In this document: positions 20,613-29,518 of the stretch, one piece after another
How positions within the stretch are numbered: position 1 is the stretch's first letter
How the letters are laid out: each line of letters starts with the position of its first letter
NCBI GenBank assembly: GCA_037139195.1
Contig: JBAXGW010000019.1
Coordinates: 1 to 62,812, forward strand
DNA from: Bacteroidota bacterium
GTDB lineage: Bacteria; Bacteroidota; Bacteroidia; Bacteroidales; JAHJDW01
Direction: 5' to 3'
Length of the DNA stretch: 62,812 bases
Notes under the pieces: generated by a model
The model's database searches: none
What the model saw: only the letters and a program-made list of their open reading frames with translations
Told to the model about the DNA's origin: nothing
Program-made: the position numbers and the translations under genes

Positions 20613-20651
20613 ATTAAAAATCCCTTGCCGTTTTTAGGAATACTACAAACA

Positions 20652-21239
20652 CTATTCTGCTTGTTCTTCCGAATTTAAATCTTCAATACTTTTGTTATTA
20701 ATGCCTTTGCCAACAACTAAATTTATTGTTGCTCCCTTTTCAATTTGGCTACCAGCAGTTATTTCATGTCCTTTATATTGTTGTCTTAAAACTGCATTTT
20801 CGGCAATGTCTTTCACGTATTCTAATCGCCCCAGCCTCAAACCATTCGACTCAAGAATAGTTGTAGCTTGCTTAAGCGAAAGGTCTATTAAATTCGGCAT
20901 TTTTGTAATTTCTTTAGTTTTTGAAGTAACAGTAAGATAAATTATTCGTTCGGGTTTAACTTTTGAGCCCGAAATAGGGTCTTGTTCGGCAATAACTCCT
21001 TTTGGGAAATTTTCTTTATAAATAGTATCAATAATTTCGTATTTCAAATCTAAATTTTTCTCTTCAAACAATTTATCTACGTCTTCAACTGCCATCTTCG
21101 ATAAATCGGGAACTATTAAAATATCATTATGATTAGCATACGAAGCAATCATTTTCAATATAATCCAAAGTGCAATAATAATAAAAGCTGATGCTAATGC
21201 TAAATGAACTAAAACGGGTTTGTCTTTATAGAACGACAT
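20652..21239 (-). CDS. Stand-alone membrane-anchored PASTA-domain protein
   Basis: N-terminal TM helix. Two PASTA-like modules (ITKMPNLIDLSLKQATTILESNGLRLG; VPDLSKMAVEDVDKLFEEKNL). No kinase or PBP domain. Confidence 0.6.
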   Translation of the reverse strand: MSFYKDKPVLVHLALASAFIIIALWIILKMIASYANHNDILIVPDLSKMAVEDVDKLFEEKNLDLKYEIIDTIYKENFPKGVIAEQDPISGSKVKPERIIYLTVTSKTKEITKMPNLIDLSLKQATTILESNGLRLGRLEYVKDIAENAVLRQQYKGHEITAGSQIEKGATINLVVGKGINNKSIEDLNSEEQAE

Positions 21240-21269
21240 TTTTATTGTCTTTTTTAGTTGAACTTTAAA

Positions 21270-21370
21270 TCCGCAAACTATTTTTTATTCCCTTGATAGT
21301 CTTCGATTCCACTCAGTCTGCGGTCACTCTGAGCGTAGTCGAAAAGTATTTATTATTAATTCCTTGCGGA
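21270..21370 (+). repeat. REP-like intergenic repeat, family 2, copy 2, with terminal inverted ends tccgcaa/ttgcgga
   Basis: Aligned by eye to 20519-20612. Confidence 0.7.
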
Positions 21371-21438
21371 TTCTTAAGTTGAATTATTTCTGTTGTAAAA
21401 ACTAATCTTTGCTTATTTTATTGTACTATTCTAAAGAT

Positions 21439-22728
21439 TTATTCTTTTTGTTTAACAACCAACTGCACGGTGGTTCTGCTTTTTTGTTCAAATAATATTT
21501 CTTTGTCAATACAAACCCTATCTATGGTTGCTTGGTCGTAATTTCTAATAGTTACTAGCTCCAAGCCTTTGTTGAATCTAACTTTATATTCTTTGTCTAG
21601 TGCTTTTATCAATTTGTTTACGGTTCTTTCGTTATAATCAACGCTAACAGTTAGGTTTAATGCCGAATTTTGCATCACATTCATCCTAACTCTATGGTCG
21701 GTAAACAATTGAAAAATATCCCGTAAGTTTTCTTCAATGATAAAAGAAAAATCACGAGTTGATATGGTAATAAGTACCTGATTTATTTTAAATATAAATG
21801 ATGGAACTTCTAATCTGCATTCGTCAGCGTTTATTACAGTTCCTGGTTCATCAGGATTAACAAACGATTTAACGTATAAAGGGATCGATTTGTTTTGTAA
21901 TGGCTGTATTGTTTTAGGGTGAATAACGCTTGCACCGTAATACGCCAATTCTATAGCATCGAGATACGAAATTTTATCAAGTTTCACGGTATCGCTAAAC
22001 CATTTTGGGTCGGCATTAAGCACGCCTGGTACATCTTTCCAAATAGTAACGTCTTTAGCATCTAGGCAAAAGGCAAGAATCGCTGCAGTATAATCAGAAC
22101 CTTCTCTTCCAAGTGTTGTAGCCCAACCTCCATCGGTTTGCCCTGTGAAACCTTGTGTTATAACCAAGTTGTGTTTGTTGTCATCCGATTTTTCGAATAT
22201 AGGGAACATAAACTTACGGATGAGTTTTTGCGTTGTTTCCCAATCTACTTTTGCTTCGCGATAGGTATTATCGGTTTTAAGCATATCAATAATATCAATC
22301 CAAGTATTCGAAACTCCAATTTCGTTTAAATAATTGCTAACAATTTTAGTTGCCCAAAACTCGCCATAAGAAACTATTTGATCGTATTCAAAATCCCAAT
22401 TATCAGTTGGTTCTTGAGCCAAAATGTCTTCCATTTCATTAAAATCAGCTTCCAAGTTGCTGTAAATAGGATGCGTAGGCGATTCGAACAATTGGCTGCA
22501 AATACTTTTATGGAAGTTTTTAATTTCGCTAACATAAGCTGCCAGTTCGGGTTTTTTATAGAAAAAAGCATCTGTTATTTTTTCTAATGCATTGGTTGAT
22601 TTTCCCATAGCAGAAATAACAACAGCAACTCGCTGTCCTTTGTGCAACTCGAGTATTTTGCCAATGTTTTTTATGCCCGAAGCGTCTTTAACCGAAGCTC
22701 CACCAAATTTGAATACGCTAAGATTCAT
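21439..22728 (-). CDS. Aspartate kinase
   Basis: N-terminal VFKFGGASVKD motif, an amino-acid kinase fold, and C-terminal ACT-like regions. Confidence 0.85.
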   Translation of the reverse strand: MNLSVFKFGGASVKDASGIKNIGKILELHKGQRVAVVISAMGKSTNALEKITDAFFYKKPELAAYVSEIKNFHKSICSQLFESPTHPIYSNLEADFNEMEDILAQEPTDNWDFEYDQIVSYGEFWATKIVSNYLNEIGVSNTWIDIIDMLKTDNTYREAKVDWETTQKLIRKFMFPIFEKSDDNKHNLVITQGFTGQTDGGWATTLGREGSDYTAAILAFCLDAKDVTIWKDVPGVLNADPKWFSDTVKLDKISYLDAIELAYYGASVIHPKTIQPLQNKSIPLYVKSFVNPDEPGTVINADECRLEVPSFIFKINQVLITISTRDFSFIIEENLRDIFQLFTDHRVRMNVMQNSALNLTVSVDYNERTVNKLIKALDKEYKVRFNKGLELVTIRNYDQATIDRVCIDKEILFEQKSRTTVQLVVKQKE

Positions 22729-22730
22729 AA

Positions 22731-23213
22731 TTATGAAGAAAAAGGATAGTTTTGAATTTGTTCTTTTGTTAGTTTTCCGTTAATCCAGGTATTATCGAGA
22801 ACCGCATCAAATTTTTGGTAAAAGTGAATTGCGGGTTCGTTCCAATCAAGCACTTGCCATTGCATCCTATTAGCGCCATATTCTTTCGATTTTAGGATAA
22901 CTGCTTCAAAGAGCAATCTTCCAATGTTTTTACCGCGGAATTCGTTTTTCACAACAATATCTTCTAAGTAGATACATTTGCCTTTCCATGTGGAGTAGCT
23001 AAAGAAATAAAATGCCATGCCAGCAACCGTATCGCCATCAAAAGCAAGGAAGAATTCGAAAAGTGGATTTTCACCAAAGCCGTCTTTTTCTAAGTCGTTT
23101 AAGGTAACGGTTACTTCTTGAGGTGCTTTTTCGTATGCCGCCAGTTCTTGTATCATGTCTAAAACCAAGTGCAAGTCGGCTTTTAAACCTTTACGGATGC
23201 TAATTTCCATATA
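22731..23213 (-). CDS. GNAT-family N-acetyltransferase. The likely start is the internal MEISIRKG Met rather than the ORF's first Met.
   Basis: Acetyl-CoA binding motif region (VVKNEFRGKNIGRLLF). Confidence 0.7.
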   Translation of the reverse strand, partial: YMEISIRKGLKADLHLVLDMIQELAAYEKAPQEVTVTLNDLEKDGFGENPLFEFFLAFDGDTVAGMAFYFFSYSTWKGKCIYLEDIVVKNEFRGKNIGRLLFEAVILKSKEYGANRMQWQVLDWNEPAIHFYQKFDAVLDNTWINGKLTKEQIQNYPFSS

Positions 23214-23435
23214 AATAATATACTTTTTTAATTTGCAGTAAAGATAATAAAATATTTCGAGCTGAGAAAAGCACATTTTATGGTATGCAGATAATGCGTT
23301 TTGTAATCATCAATTGAATTTTTCATCAATCAGAGATTAGAATGACATAGCAAGAATGTGATGACGAATATCAACAGGCAAAATATGAGCGAGTAAAGAG
23401 GAAGTTTAAGTTTAGATAAAACATTTAATTCAATT

Positions 23436-23792
23436 CTAAAATATTACTAATGATGCAAATGTTGCTATTATATAAACAGTTAGTATTGAGTTGTCTCTTT
23501 TTTTTCTATTTGAACTTTCGCCTAAATATTTATCAGCTATTATTTTATAACGCTTGTCCTTAATAAAAAGGAAATAGGCTATGAGATAAAAAGGGGCAAG
23601 AACAATAATAGCATATAATTTTGACGGCAAATAATTAAGTGGCATTATATTTATGATATTTAATAAAACCATAGTATTTGTAGCAAAAATCAAAGCAAAC
23701 CAAAGACCTGCAACATATTCTGCAATATCTTTGGCATTTGTTTTCATCAACATAAAATAAAACCTAATATAAATAATTTCTAAAAATTTCAT
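23436..23792 (-). CDS. Small hypothetical integral membrane protein (3 predicted TM segments)
   Basis: Hydrophobic segments only. No recognisable family. Confidence 0.35.
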   Translation of the reverse strand: MKFLEIIYIRFYFMLMKTNAKDIAEYVAGLWFALIFATNTMVLLNIINIMPLNYLPSKLYAIIVLAPFYLIAYFLFIKDKRYKIIADKYLGESSNRKKRDNSILTVYIIATFASLVIF

Positions 23793-23983
23793 AATTAATC
23801 AAATTTTTTGTAAAATTAAATTCTTATCAATAGTTTTCTTTTTTTATTAATCGTCCTTTTTCATCCCAAAAACATCCTTCCAAAAATACAATTATTTTTT
23901 TATATGGAGGATATTTGTCATGGCTTTAAATTGAACCTGAGTTTTTATTTTGCTCGCATCTTCTATATAGGCAAGTGATAATT

Positions 23984-24193
23984 ATCACTGCCAAGATTTA
24001 CATTCTCTCTCCCGAGATGCGTATAATCACTCCCAAGATTGATATTCTCACTCCCGAGATTGAGTTTCTCTCTCCCGAGTTTTAATTTCTCATTCGGGAG
24101 ATTCAATTTCTTGCTTCCGAGATGCGTATTCTCACTTCCGAGATTCGATTTTATGGTTCGCACATTTATATTCTTAGTTCCGAGATATTGAAC
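23984..24193 (+). repeat. Degenerate tandem array of ten 21-bp units, consensus ctcNctcccgagatNNNNatt
   Basis: Units phased exactly every 21 bp from 23984. Unit 6 carries the core in inverted form (cattcgggag). The array overlaps a questionable minus-strand 85-aa ORF (23963-24220) encoding heptad NLGSENx repeats. Confidence 0.6.
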
Positions 24194-24344
24194 AATGTTT
24201 ATCCGTTCAATCAGTTTCATCTGTGTTCCTATATGATTTGTTTGAATTCATTTCAAAATTCAAAAATATTATGTTAGCATATATCAAGCTTATTTTCTAT
24301 TTTTGCTCATCATTTCAAAATCTTGATTTATTAAATTTTTTTTT

Positions 24345-25868
24345 ATGAGTAATAAAAAGATTAAAAGCGCTTTAGTTTCTGTTTTTCACAAAGACAACCT
24401 CGACCAAATAATTTTAGAACTTCATAAACTAGGAGTTATTATTTATTCCACCGGAGGTACTCAAAAATTTATCGAAGACCTTGGCGTTAATGCTGTTGCA
24501 GTTGAAGATGTTACTAGCTATCCTTCAATTCTGGGCGGTAGGGTAAAAACTTTGCACCCAAAAGTTTTTGGTGGTATTCTTGGCAGAAGAGCCAATGCTC
24601 GTGATATTGAAGAAATGCAGCAATATGAAATTCCAGAGATTGATTTGGTAATTGTTGATTTATATCCTTTCGAAAAAACCGTTGCTACCACTAATGTTGA
24701 ATCAGATATTATTGAAAAAATTGATATAGGTGGAATTTCTCTCATCCGCGCTGCTGCTAAAAACTTCAACGATGTTATTATTGTACCTTCTTCTGATAAT
24801 TACGAAGAATTGTATAAAATACTAACCGATAATGATGGCGTAACTACCTTAGAAGATAGAAGAAGATTTGCTTCTTATGCTTTTAACGTGTCTTCGCATT
24901 ATGATACAGCAATTTTTAACTATTTTAATCAAGATAAACATATAACTACATTTAAACAAAGTATTTCTAAATCAAAATCATTGCGATATGGCGAAAATCC
25001 ACATCAATCAGGCGTTTTCTATGGCGATTTTGATGCAATGTTTGATCAAATTTGGGGTATCGAACTTTCCTACAATAATTTATTGGATGTAGATGCTGGT
25101 ATTAATCTTATTGCCGAATTTAAAGAGCCTACAATTGCAATCTTAAAGCACAATAATGCATGTGGATTAGCTTCTCGCTCTATTTTAAAAGATGCATGGA
25201 AAGATGCGCTTGCTGGCGATCCTGTTTCGGCTTTCGGCGGCGTTATTGTTACTAATACAAATGTAGATTTTGATACAGCTAAGGAAATAAACGATTTGTT
25301 TTTTGAAATCATTATTGCACCTTCTTACGATCAAGATGCTTTGGATGTATTCAAAACAAAGAAAAACAGAAGAATTCTTATTCAGAAAAAATCGGATTTG
25401 CCTAAAAAACAAGTTCGCACTTTATTAAACGGTATTTTGGAGCAAGACCGCGATTTTATTAGCGACAAACCTGAAGGAATGAAAGTGGTTACCACAAAAG
25501 TTCCAACTTCTGAACAAATAAGCGATTTAGAGTTTGCAAATAAAATTGTAAAACATACGAAGTCGAATGCTATGGTTATTGCAAAAAACAAACAGCTTAT
25601 TGCTAGTGGAGTAGGGCAGACGTCAAGAGTAGATGCTATGCGTCAGGCGATAGACAAAGCACACTCTTTTAAATTCGATTTAAAAGGTGCTGTATTGGCA
25701 TCAGATGCATTTTTCCCATTTCCCGATAATGTAGAATTGGCATTTAACGAAGGAATAATGGCGGTAGTTCAACCAGGAGGCTCAATAAACGATAAACTTT
25801 CTATTGAGTTTTGCGAGAAAAACGGCATGGCGATGGTTTTTACGGGTAATCGACATTTTAAACACTAG
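24345..25868 (+). CDS. purH: Bifunctional AICAR transformylase / IMP cyclohydrolase
   Basis: N-terminal MGS-like domain (ALVSVFHKDNL...STGGT) and a C-terminal AICARFT domain. Confidence 0.9.
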   Translation: MSNKKIKSALVSVFHKDNLDQIILELHKLGVIIYSTGGTQKFIEDLGVNAVAVEDVTSYPSILGGRVKTLHPKVFGGILGRRANARDIEEMQQYEIPEIDLVIVDLYPFEKTVATTNVESDIIEKIDIGGISLIRAAAKNFNDVIIVPSSDNYEELYKILTDNDGVTTLEDRRRFASYAFNVSSHYDTAIFNYFNQDKHITTFKQSISKSKSLRYGENPHQSGVFYGDFDAMFDQIWGIELSYNNLLDVDAGINLIAEFKEPTIAILKHNNACGLASRSILKDAWKDALAGDPVSAFGGVIVTNTNVDFDTAKEINDLFFEIIIAPSYDQDALDVFKTKKNRRILIQKKSDLPKKQVRTLLNGILEQDRDFISDKPEGMKVVTTKVPTSEQISDLEFANKIVKHTKSNAMVIAKNKQLIASGVGQTSRVDAMRQAIDKAHSFKFDLKGAVLASDAFFPFPDNVELAFNEGIMAVVQPGGSINDKLSIEFCEKNGMAMVFTGNRHFKH

Positions 25869-26142
25869 CGTCTGTCCATAAAGTCCAACTTCATCGTATT
25901 GTTTGATTTTGAATTAAGTCATTTATATTCATAAACTCCTAAATATCAAAATCATCATAACCTCGAATTTGAACTTTTTTAACAACCTCACTAAACTCCT
26001 CACTTATATTCAAATAAGTGGGGATTTTTTTTTGTAAAAAACTAGATTTTTCATGTAGCGATAATTTTATAACACAATTATAAAATAATATAAAGATAAA
26101 AAAAATAATTGCCGTAAAATTGTAATATAAAATCGACGAACT

Positions 26143-26385
26143 ATGAAAATAAGAAAAAACATTGCACTAAGCGATACTGGATTTGTGTTCAATCCTACAT
26201 CTGGCGAATCATTCAACGTAAATCCACTAGGCGTTGAAATTATTACTTTAATGAAAGAAGACAAAGATTTTCAGGAAATTAAAAACACCGTTCTTGAAAA
26301 ATACGAAATTGATGATATAACTTTTGAAAAAGATTATACTGATTTCATGTCGCTTTTGTCTCAATACGATTTATTAGAAAACTAA
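26143..26385 (+). CDS. PqqD-family protein (stand-alone RiPP-recognition-element-like peptide chaperone)
   Basis: 80 aa. Pattern FNVNPLGVEIITLM...EIKNTVLEKYEID...DDITFEKDYTDFMSLLSQYDLL matches the PqqD winged-helix consensus. Confidence 0.55.
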   Translation: MKIRKNIALSDTGFVFNPTSGESFNVNPLGVEIITLMKEDKDFQEIKNTVLEKYEIDDITFEKDYTDFMSLLSQYDLLEN

Positions 26386-26390
26386 TTTGT

Positions 26391-27437
26391 ATGAATAAGA
26401 AAAAAATAACCATTGCCGTAACTGGATTAAATGCTATTGATAGTCCTGGTCCTGGAGTTGCAGTAATAAGAGGTCTTCTTGAGTCGGAATTTTACGATCC
26501 AAGAATAATAGGATTTTCTTATGAATCGCTCGAACCAGGTATTTATATGCACGATTTGGTAGATAAAACGTACCAAATCCCTTATCCATCAGCTGGAGCA
26601 GAAGCTTTGCTTGCTCGCTTAGAATACATCCACGACATCGAAAAATTAGATGTTATAATTCCTAATTTCGATGCTGAGCTTTTCTCTTTTATAAAATTAG
26701 AAAAGACTTTAAAAGATATGGGAATAAGAACATATCTTCCTAGTCTGGAACAGTTTGAGGCTCGTCATAAAATCAATTTAAATGAGTATGGCAAAAAACA
26801 TAATATAAATGTTCCTCATAGCAAACCAATTTTTAATGTGTCTGAAATTTATGGATTAACTTCCGAATTTCAATATCCATTGGTAGTAAAAGGAAAATAT
26901 TATGATGCAAGTATAGCTTATAATGCAGAGCAAGCAAAAACATACTTCAATAAAATCAGTTCTAAATGGGGTTTGCCAATTATTATTCAGCAATTTGTAC
27001 ATGGAACAGAGTATAATGTAACTGGACTTGGCGATGGCGAAGGTAATACAATAGCTGCCGTTCCTATGCGTAAGCAATACATTACTGATAAAGGAAAAGC
27101 GTGGGGCGGAATATCTATCGACGATAAAAAACTTATAGAACTTACCCGTCAATTTCTTAAATCTTCGAAATGGCGTGGTGGATTTGAGTTAGAATTAATG
27201 AAAGACCAAGATGGTACTATTTATTTGCTTGAAATTAATCCTCGTATGCCTGCATGGATATACCTTTCAGTTGGTGTAGGACAAAATATTCCCGATGCAC
27301 TGGTTCGATTAGCGATGGGTGAAGACGTAAAACCTTATACTGATTACGAAGTAGGAAAAATGTTTATCCGCTATGCTTGGGATATGATCGTAGATATTTC
27401 AGAATTCGAGCAACTTTCAACTTTTGGAGAACTATAA
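26391..27437 (+). CDS. ATP-grasp domain ligase
   Basis: Pre-ATP-grasp N-terminus. Mg/ATP site motif ELELMKDQDGTIYLLEINPRMP. Separated by 5 bp from the PqqD-like gene. Confidence 0.75.
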   Translation: MNKKKITIAVTGLNAIDSPGPGVAVIRGLLESEFYDPRIIGFSYESLEPGIYMHDLVDKTYQIPYPSAGAEALLARLEYIHDIEKLDVIIPNFDAELFSFIKLEKTLKDMGIRTYLPSLEQFEARHKINLNEYGKKHNINVPHSKPIFNVSEIYGLTSEFQYPLVVKGKYYDASIAYNAEQAKTYFNKISSKWGLPIIIQQFVHGTEYNVTGLGDGEGNTIAAVPMRKQYITDKGKAWGGISIDDKKLIELTRQFLKSSKWRGGFELELMKDQDGTIYLLEINPRMPAWIYLSVGVGQNIPDALVRLAMGEDVKPYTDYEVGKMFIRYAWDMIVDISEFEQLSTFGEL

Positions 27438-27550
27438 ACGGTAAATGGCACACGGTGAACGGTTCAAGGAAAACAATGGTTATTCAAGCCGTATACCTGT
27501 ATACTTGTTTACTCGTTAACTAAAAAAATAAACTAAAAAACATACATATT

Positions 27551-28909
27551 ATGGAAAAGACAAGATATGAACGTCCACTTATAAAAAAATTGGATGCAGG
27601 AATGCCTAACAAATTTGGTCTACGTACCGAGTATACTCCAATGACCCAAATTGACGGAGTATCGGTAAAAGATATTATTAAAGAATATGGTTCGCCTGTA
27701 TTTGTTATTTCTGAACGTTTTATTCGTTCAAATTATCGTAATGCAAAAAGAGCTTTCACAACACGTTATCCAAAAGTGCAATTTGCATGGTCGTATAAAA
27801 CAAACTACTTAAATGCTGTTTGTAATGTATTTCATCAAGAAGGTTCTTGGGCAGAGGTGGTTTCTGGATTCGAATATCAGAAAGCTCTAGCAAATGGAGT
27901 TCCAGGTAAAAACATTATTTTTAATGGCCCTGCAAAAACAAGAGAAGATTTACAGTTAGCAATCAACAATGAATCCTTAATTCATATCGATCATTTAGAT
28001 GAGTTGTATATGATTATCGAACTTGCCGACGAAATGAACAAACGTCCGAAAGTAGCTATTCGTGTAAATATGGATACTGGTATTTATCCAATGTGGGATC
28101 GATTTGGATTTAACTATGAAAATGGACAAGCTTGGGACGCATTGAATAAAATTATGATGTCGAAAAAGCTTGATTTGATGGGTTTACACTCACATATTGG
28201 AACGTTTATGCTTGCTCCTTGGGCTTATTCAAATGCTGCACTTAAATTAGCCGACTTAGCTCTTGGTTTGCAAAAGAAATTCAACCACGAAATTAAATAT
28301 ATTGATTTAGGTGGTGGTTTTCCTTCGAAGAATACACTTAAAGGTGCATTCCTTCCAGGTGCCGATTCTTGCCCTTCTTTCGACGAATTTGCAGAAGCTA
28401 TTTCTACAGCATTAATCAATTCTGGTTTTAATACCGAAAATTTGCCTATGCTAGTGCTTGAAACAGGACGTGCACTTATCGACGAAGCTGGTTATTTAAT
28501 AAGTTCGGTTATTGCAAACAAACGCTTATCGGCTGGCAGAAGAGCTACTATTTTGGATGCAGGTGTAAATATTTTATTTACTTCATTCTGGTATGATCAT
28601 AAGATTTCTCCAGCTCAACCATTTACTCATTATACCGAAGATACGGTGCTGTATGGTCCTTTATGTATGAATATCGACATTATTCGCGAAAGCATAAATC
28701 TTCCTTTGTTAAATAAAGGCGATAGTGTAGTTGTTCAGCATGTTGGTGCATACAATATGACTCAATGGATGCAATTTATAACCATGAGACCAAATGTGGT
28801 ATTGATTGATATGCAAGGTAAAACGCATCTAATTCGTCAGAACGAAACTAAAGATACCATTGTTAGCTTGGAAAAATTACCTGAACATTTAACCAAATTT
28901 GAGTTATAA
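27551..28909 (+). CDS. PLP-dependent decarboxylase, Orn/DAP/Arg decarboxylase family 2 (fold-type III)
   Basis: PLP-lysine motif FAWSYKTNY (AxKxN), the glycine-rich GGGF loop (IDLGGGFPS) and a C-terminal beta domain. Confidence 0.8.
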   Translation: MEKTRYERPLIKKLDAGMPNKFGLRTEYTPMTQIDGVSVKDIIKEYGSPVFVISERFIRSNYRNAKRAFTTRYPKVQFAWSYKTNYLNAVCNVFHQEGSWAEVVSGFEYQKALANGVPGKNIIFNGPAKTREDLQLAINNESLIHIDHLDELYMIIELADEMNKRPKVAIRVNMDTGIYPMWDRFGFNYENGQAWDALNKIMMSKKLDLMGLHSHIGTFMLAPWAYSNAALKLADLALGLQKKFNHEIKYIDLGGGFPSKNTLKGAFLPGADSCPSFDEFAEAISTALINSGFNTENLPMLVLETGRALIDEAGYLISSVIANKRLSAGRRATILDAGVNILFTSFWYDHKISPAQPFTHYTEDTVLYGPLCMNIDIIRESINLPLLNKGDSVVVQHVGAYNMTQWMQFITMRPNVVLIDMQGKTHLIRQNETKDTIVSLEKLPEHLTKFEL

Positions 28910-28937
28910 TTTTTTCTATTAAATCTTCATTGCCCCC

Positions 28938-28974
28938 AACCCGTTAGTATTGAAAAAGCTGACGGGTTTTTTTA
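28938..28974 (+). terminator. Rho-independent terminator after the decarboxylase gene
   Basis: cccgttag-loop-ctgacggg (one mismatch) followed by ttttttt. Confidence 0.45.
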
Positions 28975-29131
28975 TCGCTATTAATAAAATTTCAATTTTA
29001 TTGTTAAAAAAAATTAACTATATTTAATATCTTTGATGTTGTTTTTACCAAATGATTAACAAATAGTTTCTTCAAACATACTTAGCTTTGTAGAGATTAT
29101 TCGTTAAATCTAATATTAAAATTTTTACAAT

Positions 29132-29509
29132 ATGAAAGCTTTTTTATTTTCTCTTATTCTTGTAATTACTTCCGCTGTTTCAAGCTATGCGTGTGAATTT
29201 CGTTTTGAAATTGTAAGCGAGCAAAAAACTACCTATAAAATAGGTGATGAGGTTATTGTAAAAGTAAAACTTATCGCATTTCATCCGTTTTGTGCTGAAG
29301 ATTTAAAGAATGTTAAATTTACTACTGAAGGAGTTGATGTCTTGGGGACAACTGATTGGCAATTGGTTTCTACAAGTGTTTACGAAAGAAAGGTTAAAAT
29401 GAGAATAACAGGTACAGCAACTGGTGAAGCAAAGTTAACTGCCACTCGATTATGCCTTAAAATGGGCGGAACTGGAACAATTGTGATAAACTCTGAACCA
29501 AAAAAATAA
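29132..29509 (+). CDS. Small secreted/lipoprotein-like hypothetical protein with 3 conserved-looking Cys
   Basis: Signal peptide ending ..SSYAC. A beta-rich 125-aa protein. A TAgcTTTG -7-like motif lies ~45 bp upstream. Confidence 0.4.
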   Translation: MKAFLFSLILVITSAVSSYACEFRFEIVSEQKTTYKIGDEVIVKVKLIAFHPFCAEDLKNVKFTTEGVDVLGTTDWQLVSTSVYERKVKMRITGTATGEAKLTATRLCLKMGGTGTIVINSEPKK

Positions 29510-29518
29510 ACGATATAT

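Noticed and set aside
22731-23276. Longer N-terminal extension of the GNAT acetyltransferase (start at 23276)
   Set aside because: The extension (MCFSQLEIFYYLYCKLKKYIIY) is hydrophobic and low-complexity and precedes a well-placed Met (MEISIRKG) that fits GNAT domain boundaries. The shorter gene is preferred.
23984-24193. Possible CRISPR array
   Set aside because: The units are contiguous 21-mers with no intervening unique spacers, the repeats are degenerate rather than near-identical, and there is no cas gene nearby.
27438-27520. tRNA-like T-arm sequence (ggttcaagg)
   Set aside because: No complementary 5-bp T-stem partner or acceptor/anticodon arms can be folded around it. No tRNA cloverleaf was found anywhere in the window.
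29132-29509. The 125-aa secreted Cys protein as the RiPP precursor for the PqqD/ATP-grasp cassette
   Set aside because: It has a Sec signal peptide and is beta-rich and globular-looking, unlike cytoplasmic leader-core precursors. It is separated from the cassette by a terminator and appears co-transcribed with the NapH-like gene instead.
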